From assembly GCF_006345805.1 (NCBI RefSeq), contig NC_043000.1, positions 126,356,001-126,420,000 of the forward strand: DNA of 64,000 nt, given 5' to 3'. Positions 12,336 to 25,403 of the stretch are shown here, piece after piece. Positions within the stretch are counted from its first letter, which is position 1, and each line of letters opens with the position of its first letter. Both the position numbers and the translations under genes were made by a program. Below the pieces are notes generated by a model. The model made no database searches. It had not been told where the DNA came from and saw only the letters and a program-made list of their open reading frames with translations. This DNA is from Octopus sinensis. Taxonomy: Eukaryota.

Positions 12336-12659
12336 ATGATGTATGAAAGGCCCCCCTGTTTAAAAGACAGCTGTAAGTGCAGTAAGTAAAAAATAAACAA
12401 AGCCGTGAAGTACCTAGTATATAATATTTTCATTGCTTGCTCTTCAATGCAGCCATTTAAAACTGTCTAGAAGGAAAAAAACAGCATGTTGACAAATAAA
12501 TCATATAAATTTCTTTTTTCTTCTGTGCGTGTGAATTTTTACTTTTCTCACAGTTCCATCTAGTTACTGCTGCTTCTGTTGTGGATTTTGTTGCTGTTGC
12601 TGTTGTTGCTGCTGTTGTTGTTGTTGTTGTTAAGCAACAAGACGGGTAATGGTGATTAG

Positions 12660-12830
12660 GTGATGGTCTAGGGCTTAGGGGGCGGGAGACCCCAGACCTT
12701 GGAAAAAAAAAAACTTTGGTCGTCTTGTTGTAGTCGAGGGCTCTTCGTTGACGCCCGACACCACTGGGAGGTGGCCCTCGAAGTAGCTGGAAATGGAGAT
12801 CTCCAGGTCCAAATTCTTGAACGGCTGCTG
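12660..12830. promoter_or_regulatory. CpG/GC-rich patch, candidate promoter or 5' UTR of the WD40 gene
   Basis: About 170 bp with many CpGs and a GGGGCGGG box near 12679, in an AT-rich CpG-poor background and not part of a recognisable repeat. It ends about 50 bp before the candidate ATG. Confidence 0.35.
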
Positions 12831-12879
12831 TTGCTGCTGCTGCTGCTGTTGTTGTTGTCATTGTTGTTGGTCACATCTG

Positions 12880-12927
12880 ATGGAAAATGAACCTTTTGTC
12901 AGTGTTGAATTAAGTAAAAACAAAAAG
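12880..12927 (+). CDS. Candidate first coding exon of the WD40 gene (MENEPFVSVELSKNKK)
   Basis: ATG at 12880, donor AAG|GTAAAA at 12928, phase 0 fits exon 16680, lies next to a CpG-rich patch. No homology support. Confidence 0.35.
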
Positions 12928-13940
12928 GTAAAATTACCTTTACAAATCATACAGACTCATAAGGGCCAGTTTCCCAGTTTCAGTGGCATGTAAATACCCC
13001 ATCTGGACGGGACAGCCGCCCTTCACATTTTTACCAGCTTAGTGGACTGGAGCAATGTAAAATAAAGTGTTTTGCTCAAGAACACACAATGTGTTGTTTG
13101 GTCCAGGAATTGAAACCACAATCTTACAATCATGAGTCCAGATCCTAACCACTAAGCCATATGCCCCCACTGCTGGATTAAGTCTTAAACACAGTCCAAC
13201 AATAGTGTCTCTTGGACCTTTCCATTGTCTGTTGACTAGGCATCAAGGCATTAGAAGTGTGGGATGTTAATTAATATCATCCACTCCTGGGCATTGCGGT
13301 CTTTGAGTTCAAGAACTGATACGGCCAGTTACCTGGTTTCCATAAACTATAAGTGACCAACGAGGGGCTACTGAAAAGTTCTTGGCTTTCAGGGTCTCAT
13401 GAAAGGGCTGGCTGGAGGCCCAAACTTTCAGGTTTTTTTCCAGGCCTTAGAAAACTGAAGGATTGCTGCAATAAATGTGTGAATCTGAGAAGGGAATATG
13501 TTGAGTAAAATCATAATTAAATGATCCTCGTGTATTTTCTCTTACTCAAAGCCAGGAACTTTTCAGCACTCATCATAGACCACAACACACCCCCTTAATG
13601 GGATGCAAGTCCATCGTAGGCTACTCATTCGCAGCTGAGTAGGCAAGTGCTGTGTGAAATGGAGTGTTTTGTGCAAGAATACAATGTACTGCCTGTGGCT
13701 GTGTGGTAGAAAGTTTGCTTCCCAGCCACATGGTTCTGAGTTCAGTCACACTGTGTGACACCTTGGGCAAGTGTCTTCTACTATAGCATCAGGTTGACCA
13801 AAACCTTGTGAGTGGATTTGTAAGACAGAAACTAAAAGAAGCCCATTGTACGTACGTACATACGTACATACATACATACATACATACATACATACATACA
13901 TACATACATACATACATACATACATACATACATACATACA

Positions 13941-15437
13941 TGAGGAATTCAAGACAGGATGCAGGCAATAACGAAGGAATTCAAGACAGGATGCCCCTGG
14001 GAGCTCTTATATGCTGATGACCTTGCTTTAATTGCTGAGTCACTATCAGAACTAGAGGCAAAATTTCAAGTGTGGAGACATGGATTAGAATCGAAGGGCC
14101 TTAAAATCAACCTAGCTAAAACCAAAATCCTAATATGTAGGAAGGTAGGCAAATCACAAATGCCTTCAGGTAGATGGCCCTGCTTGATCTGTAGAAAAGG
14201 CGTAGGTAGAAACTCTATAAGATGCACCAAGTGCAAGCTATGGACACATAAGAGGTGCAGTAATGTCAAAGGAAGGCTAACTGGGAAGATAGCTTTTGTA
14301 TGTGGCAGATGCTCAGGAGCAATAAACACTGAAAATGCTCAGAGACCAACTTCCGCCACATTCCAGGGAGAAAAACTAGAAATTGTTGATAGCTTCCATT
14401 ACCTAGGTGACCAAGTCAGTAGCGGGAGTGGGTGTGCTGAAAGTGTAACTGCTAGAGTAAGAATAGCCTGGGCAAAGTTCAGAGAACTCTTACCTCTGCT
14501 GGTGACAAAAGGCCTCTCGCTCAGAATAAAAGGTAGACTGTATGACGCATGTGTACGAACAGCCATGCTACATGGCAGTGAAACTTGGGCCGTGACTGCT
14601 GAGGATATGCGTAAGCTCGCAAGAAATGAAGCCAGTATGCTCCAATGGATGTGCAATGTCAGTGTTCATACTCGACAGAGTGTAAGTACCTTGTGAGAAA
14701 AGTTGGACCTAAGAAGCATCAGTTGTGGTGTGCAAGAGAGATGTTTGCGCTGGTATGGTCATGTACCAAGAATGGATGAAGATAGTTGTGTGAAAAAGTT
14801 CCACACCCAAGCGGTTGAGGGAACCTGTGGAAGAGGTAGACCCAGGAAAACCTAGGACAAGGTGGTGACGCATGACCTTCGAACTTTAGGTCTCACTGAG
14901 GAAATGACCAGAGACTGAGACCTTTGAAAGTATGTTGTGTGTGGGAAGACCTGGCAGGACAAGTGAGACCATAACCCGTGGCCTCTACCTGGGACGTAGC
15001 CAGTCCACTTATGCATAACTTTCCTTCTTGTGACACAAACCCTACTTGTGAAGACATGTTGAGGCAAGTGAAAATCAAAATCGAAACATCAATGAAAATT
15101 GTAGCTGTGATACCCGTGCCAGTGGCACATAAGAGAACCATCCGAACATGGCCGTTGCCAGCGCCGCCCTGACTGGCCTCCGTGCCGGTGGCACGTAAAA
15201 AGCACAAACCGATCATGGCCGTTTGCCAGCCTCGTCTAGCCCCTGTGCAGGTGGCACGTAAAAAGCACCCACTACACTCACGGAGTAGTTGACGTTAGGA
15301 ATGGCATCCAGCTTTAGAAACACTGAAGATCAGACTGGGCCTGGTGCAGCCTACTGGCTTCCCAGACCCCAGTTGAACCGTCTAACCCATGCTAGCATGG
15401 AAAACGGACGTTAAGTGATGATGATGATGATGATGAT
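13941..15437 (+). mobile_element. 5'-truncated RTE LINE: RT C-terminal half, full 3' UTR, (GAT)n tail
   Basis: ORF 13959-14696 GCPWELLYADDLAL...GLKINLAKTK...FHYLGD...RIAWAKFRELLP...MLHGSETW, then stops and GRGRPRKT. Confidence 0.93.
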
Positions 15438-15524
15438 AATATACACACACACACTCACACACACACACACATATATATATATATACACATACATACAGGC
15501 ATACATACATGTATATATTTATAC

Positions 15525-15710
15525 ATATAGTATAAAGGATTGTGGGTAAGGCCAAAACAATGCAAAGTAAATGCAAAGTAAATCACATGGGAACAAATAG
15601 GTGAATTAATAGATAAGTGTACATTAATTCACATATTTGTTTTCTTGTGATTTACCTTGCATTTACTTAGCATTGTTTTGGCTTTACCCACAATCCTTTA
15701 TACAATATAT
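15525..15710. repeat. ~185-bp palindrome (MITE-like)
   Basis: ~85-bp arms (GTATAAAGGATTGTGGGTAA...GTGAATTAAT) around a ~14-nt loop. Confidence 0.8.
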
Positions 15711-15770
15711 TCTACACAATGCTTCATAGTAATTATTCCATTATAATATATATGTATATATGTATATATG

Positions 15771-15834
<64 letters not shown>

Positions 15835-15859
15835 TAATAATAATTGGGAATATTATTCC

Positions 15860-16440
15860 AAACTTACAGGGAAAAATTCAATTTAGTAATACTAAATCAA
15901 ATTTCACAATATATACTATATGTATATAAATTAGAGAAAAACCACCTTTTAGCAATTCAACAATGATATAATTAATTTATACCATATAGAAAAACATTAA
16001 ATATACAATAAAACATATACCAATAATTAAGTAAAGTACAAAATAATAAATAAAAAGTATATAATTGGTAAAAAGACTACACGTGTTTTGTGGCTATATT
16101 TTCAAACTGATAACAGTAAAATCAATTCAATTTAAATATAGTCACTCTTCAGGTCCAAGATAAGAACAATAAAAATAATTAAATATAGAAATATACGTAT
16201 ATAATCTTGTAAGAAAATATAAATATATAAAAAATACGTAATTTTACAATAAAAATGGAACAAAATAAAATAATATATCATAAGATAAAATAAAATTAAA
16301 TTAAGAGTGGCTCAACACATGTATTCTTGTAGGAATAGAAATCTAATTAATTCAACAGGCCTCAGTAAATATATTTGGGAACTTAAATCTAAATGCATTA
16401 AATATAAATTAAATATAAACTAAATGTATTAAAAATAAAT
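15860..16440. mobile_element. PLE relic: inverted terminal region (-) plus endonuclease fragment (+)
   Basis: + strand 16330-16430 reads RNRNLINSTGLSKYIWELKSK. - strand 16075-16155 carries a decayed hammerhead. Confidence 0.6.
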
Positions 16441-16679
16441 TAAATATAAACACAGAGAAAGGACCATTCATCAGTTGTTGGCTGTCTATCTACTCTTCAT
16501 TTTGAGCAATAGGTAGATAGATCGATAGACAGACAGACAGACAGATAATTTTTCATAGAGGTGACAGGTTCAAAGAAACATTGTCGAGCCACTTACTATA
16601 AAGAACTGAAAACGAAAACTCTGAGATTTTTGATATTTAATCAATTGCCATTAGCCTGATATATATTTTGTTTCATCAG

Positions 16680-16758
16680 AAGGCTTCTTCAAGGACTGAA
16701 GAAAGTGGAATGGTTCAGCTAGTTAGTGAGCAAATAAGGAAGAAGGCAAAGTGTACAG
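16680..16758 (+). CDS. WD40 gene exon (KASSRTEESGMVQLVSEQIRKKAKCT)
   Basis: Acceptor ttttgtttcatcAG, donor CAG|GTAATG, open frame, phase-1 end joins exon 21899. Its internal ATG could be the true start. Confidence 0.5.
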
Positions 16759-19499
16759 GTAATGAAAAGCTAAAGATACAAATGGTAGGGAGTGGTGGTG
16801 GAAAAAGTGGGGGATGTACATAGTGTCAAAGATGTTTGAGTTGGTGGAACATTTATAGACTGCAGTGGTTCGTAGTGGTTCTTGGGATGCATGAATGATT
16901 ATTGAGAAGTGGTTAGTGTCTGTTACATTGAATGGAGTGTTGATGAAGAAAGCAGGTTATTTGGTGTTAGTGATTATGAGAAAAAGGAGTGGATGCGATG
17001 GTGATGTGATGGTGATGAGGGCAGTAGAGTAAGGGTTGGTCAGAGAAGATGGAATGTTGCAACCAGAGGATGTTGGGAGAGGTAATTGCAGACTGAAATA
17101 CTTGGCACAAAAGAATCATTATCATGTAAATAGACACAGACACACAGACACACAGACACGCAGTCAAACACACTCAGACACACACACTGCACGCGTGCAC
17201 ATGCATGCAAATACACTAATGGGGAAACACATATGCTTATGGAGAAGAGTTTATGAAGTAAAAGAAATCAATGAAAAAAAGTGTGTGTGTGTGTGTGTCA
17301 GAGAGAGAGGGAGAGAGAGATAAAACAGCAGAAAAATGAAAAAGAAAAGTAAAAAGAGTGAGAAGACAATTGAAACACCTGTGAGAGTGAGTTAATTGCA
17401 CAGACATACACATATACACACAGGTATACATAACATAGAGAAATACATGAATACACACTACCTATATATAAAGAAAACGTATAGGCAGATATCTATCTAT
17501 CTGTCTGTCTGTCTGCCTGCCTGCCTACCTGCCTGTCTGTCTATCTGTCTGTCTATCTATCTATGTTAATATATGTATGTATATACACACACATACATTA
17601 ACACTCATTCATACATACATACATACATACATATGTACATACATATGTTCAATATGTGACCGTGTGTGTATCGTTGGCGATTTTTTTCCTCCGTCTTCCC
17701 TTGTTAAATGTTAAAGCCTCCTTCTTTCTTTCCTTTCCTATACTTGTTCCACGTCCTCACGTTGTTGTGTTTTCTCTTTGTGTTTTCATGTTATTAACTT
17801 TACATACATACATTGTGGCTCTCCGTCAGTTACAATGACGAGGTTTCCAGTTCATCTGATAAATGGAATAGCCTGCTCATGAAATTAACATGCAAGTGGC
17901 TGAGCACTCCACAGATACGTATACCCTTAATGTAGCTCTCGGGGAGATTCAGCATGACAGAGTGTGACAAAGCTGGCCTTTGAAATACAGGTACAACAGA
18001 AACAGGAAGAAAGAGTGAGAGAAAGTTGTGGTAAAAGAACACAGCAGGGTTTGCAACCATCCCCTGCCAGAGCTTCATGTAGCTTTAAGTGTTTTCGCTC
18101 AATAAACACTCACAATGCCCAGTGTGGAAATCGAAACTGCAATCCTATAACTGTGAGTCTGCTGCCCTAACCACTGGGCCATTGAACCTCCATACATACA
18201 TACAATCATACATACATACATACATACATACATACATACATACATACATACATACATACATACATACATACATACACTCAAACAAGCCTTATTTCACTTA
18301 CCTATACATAGAAAAGTAGGAAATAAAATCAAAAATTAAATATGTACATATGCACACAAACACATCTGCTATTACAATATGTACACATGTGAATATATGT
18401 GCGCATATATAAAGATATAGAATGCACATACATATCTACACACATACATGCACATATATACTTTTATGCACACACACACGTATAAACACATGAATATATT
18501 AGGTTGCTTCCCAACCACATAGTTCCAGGTTTAGTGCTACTCTATCGCAGCTAAGGAAAGTGTCTTCAACTATAGCTTTGAGCCAAGCAAAGCCTTGTGA
18601 GTGGATTTGTGTCTGTTTGTCCCCCATCATTGACAACCAGTGCTGGTATGTTTACATCCTTCTAGCAGTTCGACAAAGAGACCAATACAACAAGTACTAG
18701 GCTTAAAAGTAAGCCCTGGGGTTGAATTGATTGACAAAAACACTTCAAGGTAGCGCTCCAGTATGGCCGTAGTCAAATGACTGAAACAAGTAAAAAAAAG
18801 TAAAAGAATGAAAGAACATATGTATATATGCTTATGTGCACACACGTGGGTGGATAAGCTTGTGAGGTTGTGAAAGGAGAGTAACAGATGTTTATAGCTA
18901 GGAAAAGATGTGAACATAGGGAATGGTAAGCACAGGTGGTGACTAAGTGGTTTTTCTATTTGTCTATATTGTGTAAGGTCACTCATGGGTGCTACTGGTA
19001 ATATGTAATCCAGTACAACTTGTTGCATGGTTGGATCGTCAGTGACTAAACTGGCAACCCCACCAAGCTTGCTTGGTAAGGAGGGTGTATGTTGGTCTTG
19101 TCACACGCTGTCATGCTGAATCTACCCGACAAGGGCACAGAAACTCATGAGCAGTCAACAGCCATCCAACAAATGATCCTGGACAAGATATGGAACTGCA
19201 TCCAATGACAATGGGCTTTGCCTTGAGGAAAATGGAGCTACCTCTTAATTTGTCATTGTTCCCAGGTCTGCTCTGTTCCAGAGTGATAGCACCTGTTAGG
19301 ACTAGAAGGACAACTCTGAACATAAAGCTATTCAGGACAGGGAAGTCCTTTAGCTACAAACTGGCACATTCCCTAGGTGATGATAACACCAATCTAAAAT
19401 CCGTGTGACATCAGCACGTCAGCACTTCCCTAGACTCAGGGTATGTGACATGATGCTGCAGTGCTGTATAGAGCTAGTCATCTTGGTTTACTCCATGCC

Positions 19500-21612
19500 A
19501 CTGGATAAGTCCTCCATGCAGTGTCAAGTTAGTAGGTCATGGATTGTGTGACCATTTCTCCACTATAAACTTCTTAGTGCAATCGTTTCCTACATCGTCT
19601 ACGATTATGTTTCAAAATCCTGTGGCATTGAGTGCTGAATGGCAGGGGCAGGCTTAGACTGGCTAGAAACCCTTAGTTCTGTGCTTGCACACAGGCAGTC
19701 TCAGCAAGATGGTCATTTGCTTCCCGGATGAACAGCTGAGACTCTCGGTCCTACTGAGACAACCGAGCAGCCTTGTTTAGGGATGCTATGCTCACCCCAA
19801 GATGGGGAGGGGCATAGAAAATGTGGCCTAAAAAACGCCTGCTCACAGATCTGATCTGGATGGATAACCACATCCATCAGAATGTCTTTCAAATGCGGTC
19901 GAAACATTAAAAGTAAAATTCAATCTCTGAATGTTGCAACCTGGAACGTTCATACTTTATTGGATGACACCAACACCCCCAATCCCAATCGCTGCTCTGC
20001 CCTCGTTACGGCAGAACTCCAATGCTACAACATCAATGTTGCTGCCCTCAGTGAAACTCGCTTCCTTGAAGAGGGGTCACTTATGGAGGTAAGCAACGGA
20101 TATACTTTCTTCAAGAAAGGTCACCCTGCTGGCTCTCCCTGCATGCATTTGCTTTGGTTCCATCACTAACTGAGTCACTAGTTAGCATCAGTGAATGGTT
20201 CATGACGATGCACATCCCACTAATGCATGGTTGTTCACCAACACTGCTTAGTGCTAATGCACCAACTCTCACATCAGCTGAAGAGGACAAACATGCCTTC
20301 TACACTTCCCTGCATGTTGCCCTGCAGCATGTTCCATGTGAAGAGAAACTCTTGCTTTTAGGCGACTTTAATGTAAGAGTGGAATCAAATCATTGCACTT
20401 GACATGATATTCATGGTAGGCTCAGCATTGAAAATACCAATTCAAATAGCCGCCACCTCCTCCAACTTTGTTCTGAATTTTCCCTTTGCATCACAAATTC
20501 AATGTTGCAACTTGCTGAGAAACACAGAACAACATGGATGCATTCCAGATCCAAACACTGGCACCTAATTGACTATGCCATCACATGTTGTTCAGACCTG
20601 CAGGATGTGGAAATCACCAGAGTTATGCATGGTGCCAGCTGCAGGACTGACCATCGCTTGGTCCAATGCTGGCTACGCTTGCAAATTCGCCTCCTATCCA
20701 TAAGCAAAAGCTGAATGCTGGAACTCTGTAATTGCAGGAAGCCCACCAGAAACTGGCAATAACACTGGAACAAAAGTTTATTGAACTCCCTGATGCTGAG
20801 ACTGGACCAACAGACGAACAAACTCTGACCTCAGAGTGGGACACTCTAGCAACCACTATCACTAATGCTGCCAAAGATATACTTGGTGTTCTGAATAGAC
20901 ATCATCAGGACTGATTTGATGACGACTTGAAGAAGATCCACTCACTCCTATGTGAGAAGAATGCCGCATACAACAGACATCTCTGTCAACCAACAGCAGC
21001 CAACCACACACATTGGGCAAGCCTCCGCTCTGAGGTGCAGCAAAAACTTAGAACCATGCAGAACAACTGGTGGAGGACTAAAGCACAAGAAATACAAGGC
21101 TATGCTGACACAAACAACATCCAAGCTTTCTTTGAATCCATAAAGACTGCATACAGCCCAGTAAGAGGATCCTTCTGTCCCGTATGGAATGATGATTCAA
21201 CATCACTCATCAAAGACTGAGATGGAATTCTGTCATGATGGGCTGAGCATTTCAACACTCTCCTCAACCATAAAAACCCCATAAGCCTTTCTTTCTTGAC
21301 AACATCCCTTCACTACCAGCCATTGATTACCTAGATGGTGCCCCAACCTTTGGAAAAATTGAATCTGCAATAAATGGCATCAAGTTGAACAAGGCATCTG
21401 ACATTGACCTTCTGCCAGCTGAGATCTTGAGGTATGGTGGCCAGTCCCTCAAAACCCACATCCATGCTTTCACCTGCAGAGCATGGACTTCCCACTTTGT
21501 GCCCCAACAATGGAAAAATGCCAACATTGTTGCCATATACAAAAACAAAGGTGACAGAGCAGTCTGTAGAAATAGCCAAGGCAGATCCTTGCTTTTGGTT
21601 ACTGGTAAGTCT
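19500..21612 (+). mobile_element. RTE (BovB-like) LINE 5' half: 5' UTR, APE endonuclease, start of RT; frameshifted
   Basis: LNVATWNVHTLLD, INVAALSETRF, LLLLGDFNVRV, MHSRSKHWHLIDY, TDHRLV, KASDIDLLPAEILRYGG, WKNANIVAIYKNKGDR. It stops before the RT core. Confidence 0.9.
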
Positions 21613-21898
21613 GTGTATGTCTCAAGAAAATGATTAGGTGTCTCAATTACTACCCCACCCCACTATAGCCAAATTCTGTCATTAATGGAATACCTCTGAT
21701 CCTAGATGATTAATTAATATAATAGATTATTTATCTCAATATCATGTCATATAAATGAATACTTTTCTTTTTAGCCCTAAGACATGTTTATGCTAATGTC
21801 TTGGCAATTTGTATATCTTTTAAACTTTTATTGGTTTCAGCATGAGGCTGTGGCCATGCTAGGGCACTTCCACATTGATTTATATCGTTTTCCCTCAG

Positions 21899-22039
21899 AT
21901 ATTTCATTGCTGAATGAATGCCTATTCTGTTTAATTTCTCATATAATTTCAGTAACTTATAACAACCGGCTTCGACAATATATCATTCTGGACACACGTG
22001 GAATTGTTTCCTGGAAACCAGATTGGATAGATTCTAAAG
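21899..22039 (+). CDS. WD40 gene exon (DISLLNECLFCLISHIISVTYNNRLRQYIILDTRGIVSWKPDWIDSK)
   Basis: Acceptor ttttccctcAG (an in-frame alternative AG lies near 21951), donor AAG|GTAATT, phase 1/1. Confidence 0.75.
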
Positions 22040-22609
22040 GTAATTTGAATTACAAAATTTCTCATTCCCACTTTTCCATATCTTTGACAATGGCGACGAC
22101 GATGACAATGATGACAAAGAGAGCAATGATGATAATGACGAAAACAACAATGACTACGATGATGATGATGATTAAGATGACTATGATGGGAACAATGATG
22201 CTTGTAGTGTTATTGTTGTAAATTTGTCCCAAATCAGCTCTGACTGAACAAATCTATGATGAAATAAATTCTCGCCATGACCATTACATATTTCTATATG
22301 CTTACATGTATCTAAGACTACATCATTGTAATGTGTCATTCCAATTGTTTTTTTAAGATGGTAGTGTTATTTGAGAAAGACTTGACTACTATTTCTGCAC
22401 ACCAAGCAACCACCTAAAGGTTCCTTTACCGGCTTGAGCTTCCTTGATGTTATTGATGTTGTTGGTAGTGATGATAATAATAGTGATGATGGTGATGACG
22501 ATGATGGTGATGATGATGATGACCCAGAGAAAAGAATGCCATTCTACATGACATAACATTTCCCTGATTACTTATAAGGCAATATAAACAAAACTAAGAC
22601 ATGTTTGAT

Positions 22610-23130
22610 ATTTAATATTTGCATGTGTGTTATTCTAAGGTCGTGGTAGATATGTCATTTGTTGTAGATGTGTTCAAAAGGGATCTGTATTTTGTAATAA
22701 AGAGAGTCTCTTTACTAATTCGTTGGCTATGGGTTGTATTGTCCGTGAATTGATAGAGGGAACCACAGAATGAACTTAATCCTCCAAACACACACCATCA
22801 TAAAAAGCAAGAGACAGCCCAAATCTATGAAAAGTCTCCTAACACAAGCTTGAATATGCTCAACAACAACACTGAAGCCCTCAGTAAAAAAATGTGGATG
22901 ACCCAACTGTGGGATATGCATCAATTTAATTGAGGGATCAGAGTTCTCCTTCAAACAGGGACAATGTTTCACAGTGAAAAGCAGCTTCAGATGTACTATG
23001 GAGAACCTGATATATGCACTGACCTGGTCTGAGCATCAAGAGCAATATATAAGCCAAACAGAAAACAGTCTACATCAAAGGATGGCTCTGCACAGGTCCC
23101 AGATCAAAATTCCGTAAAATAGAAAAAAAA
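22610..23130. mobile_element. PLE copy with internal inversion
   Basis: 22610-22762 matches 7001-7019 plus 7650-7790 in the same orientation; 22763-23125 is the reverse complement of about 7850-8215. Confidence 0.8.
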
Positions 23131-23579
23131 GGCTAACCAGTCCTCAGTCAAACCGTCCAACCCATGCCAGCATGGAAAGCAGACATTAAACGACAATGAT
23201 GATGATGATGATGATATACTTATAAAAGTTCCCAAACTTGTAAAGTAGGTGAGATTTGATTAAAGGAAAAGCATCTGGACATAAAGTACAGCTTCAAATA
23301 AGTAACCATCCAATCAATGCTCCAGCATAGATGTAAAGCAAATGAAATATTGAATGAAAAGCATGATCTCTCTCTTTTACTTGTTTCAGTCATTTGACTG
23401 TGGCCAAGCTGGAGCACTGCCTTTAGGCGAACAAATCGACCCCAAGACTTATTCTTTGTAAGCCTAGAACTTATTCTATTGGTCTCTTTTGCGGAACCAC
23501 TAAGTTACAAGGACGTAAAAACACACCAGCATCGGTTGTCAAGCGTATCAGGGGGACAAAAACAGACACACAAATATAT

Positions 23580-23692
<113 letters not shown>

Positions 23693-24208
23693 ATATATAA
23701 ATATATATATATATGACAGGCTCCTTTCAGTTTCCGTCTACCAAATCCACTCACAAGGCTTTGGTCGGCCTGAGGCTATAGTAGAAAACACTTGCCCAAG
23801 GTGCCACGCAGTGGGACTGAACCCAGAACTATGTGGTTCATAAGCAAGCTACTTATCACACAGCCACTCCTTTATATTGACAATGAAGATAAACATTGAC
23901 AAGAAAACTTCATCAGGTGAGTCACTCCCTTTATCACTGCCACTATTAGAGATGCAGTGAACCATTGATTGTCTCATCAGATACCTATAATCAATAATAC
24001 TATTATTCACAAGGTTTGACTTAAAATATGTAAATAAACCATTAAACAACCACAACACAACCTTTACTTTCTTTTCCTTTTTTCTCTTTGTCAATTTAAA
24101 AGATGAATTTGAATTGTAATTACTTTCTTCTTCTTTATCAATATACATGATGAATTTGAACTGTAATTAGAATTTTATTGTTGTTACATTCTTTTAATCT
24201 TATAATAG

Positions 24209-24318
24209 TAAAACGAGTTCTGCTGTACCCAAAATATCAACATCGTGTCATCACTAAGCTGCAATATGTCAAGAAATATAACTGCTATTTCATTCTCGAC
24301 AAAGAGTTTACTGTCAAG
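24209..24318 (+). CDS. WD40 gene exon (VKRVLLYPKYQHRVITKLQYVKKYNCYFILDKEFTVK)
   Basis: Acceptor cttataatAG, donor AAG|GTAAAA, phase 1/0, reads on into VLNKDFEEV. Confidence 0.85.
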
Positions 24319-25272
24319 GTAAAAAGAGAATCAATGTTTGATTTCCGTTCAGTATTGTTTTATTTTTGTTGTTGTCATTGCTGTCACCGTAGTAACCAAT
24401 TCAATATATGTTTAACTAAATAAACGATATCACACCTTTCACACATTAATGATAATATGAAATCATCATCATCATCATCATCGTTTAACATCTGCTTTCC
24501 ATGCTAGCATGGGTTGGACAATTTGATTGAGGTCTGGTGAACCAGATGGCTGCACCCGACTCCAATCTGATCTGGCAGAGTTTCTACAGCTTGATGCCCT
24601 TCCTAACGCCAACCACTCCGAGAGTGTAGTGGGTGCTTTTACATGCCATCGGCTTGAGGGCCAGTAAGGTGGTACTGGCAACAGCCTTGCTCAAATAGTG
24701 TTTTTTATATATAGGTAAAATTAAAGCCAGCTGTAATTGTTAATGGTGCTTTATATATAGGTAAATAGTGCTTTATATATAGGTAAAATTAAAGACAGCT
24801 GTAATTGCTAAGCTCAAGCAACCTGTACAATTTAGGTTTCTTTGTTTTATTTAACGCCAAGTCTAGGAGGAAACATGTTACCAATGACCTATTTCAGAGC
24901 TTTTGGAATTCTGAGGGTGAAAGAGAGAAATATATTTTTTAGACTTTGGTTTTAGGTTCTATTCCACTGTATGGTATTTTGTGTAAGTGTCTCCTATTTA
25001 AGCTCTGGGCTTCTCAAAGTCTTGTAAATGGATTTGGTTGACAGAAGCTCAATGAAAACCACAGTGTGTAGCATGAAAAATGCAGTACACATTGTAAGGT
25101 GGTTGGCACTAGGAAGGACATCCAGCCACAGAAACTATACCAAGCTAACACTGGAGCTTAACGCAGCCAATTAGCTAGCTAGATCCTGTCAAACTGCCCA
25201 ATCTGAGCCAGCACAGAAGATGGACGCTAGATGGTAATGATGATAACAATGGTGATGAGAGTGGTGGCCGAT

Positions 25273-25340
25273 GGGCATATGGCGTAGTGGTTAGCAAGGG
25301 CTACTAACCCCAAGATCCCGAGTTCGATTCTAGGCAGTGA

Positions 25341-25342
<2 letters not shown>
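25273..25342 (+). mobile_element. tRNA-like head (pseudo-tRNA) followed by (AAT)n; also at 29200-29269, 33431-33500, 35217-35289
   Basis: A box TGGCGTAGTGG and B box GAGTTCGATTC. Acceptor and T stems are broken, so it is not a functional tRNA. Confidence 0.7.

Positions 25343-25403
<61 letters not shown>

Noticed and set aside
19770-19835. Possible HDV-like ribozyme in the RTE 5' UTR (TTTAGG...CCTAAA around CTATGC...GCATAG)
   Set aside because: Only nested hairpins could be drawn by eye; the double pseudoknot could not be assigned. A descriptor search would settle it.
24700-24812. Short local tandem duplication with stutter (similar one at 53910-53980)
   Set aside because: Ordinary replication slippage with no sign of function.
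25273-25342. Possible tRNA gene (ACT anticodon-like loop)
   Set aside because: Acceptor and T stems do not pair; treated as a SINE-like head.
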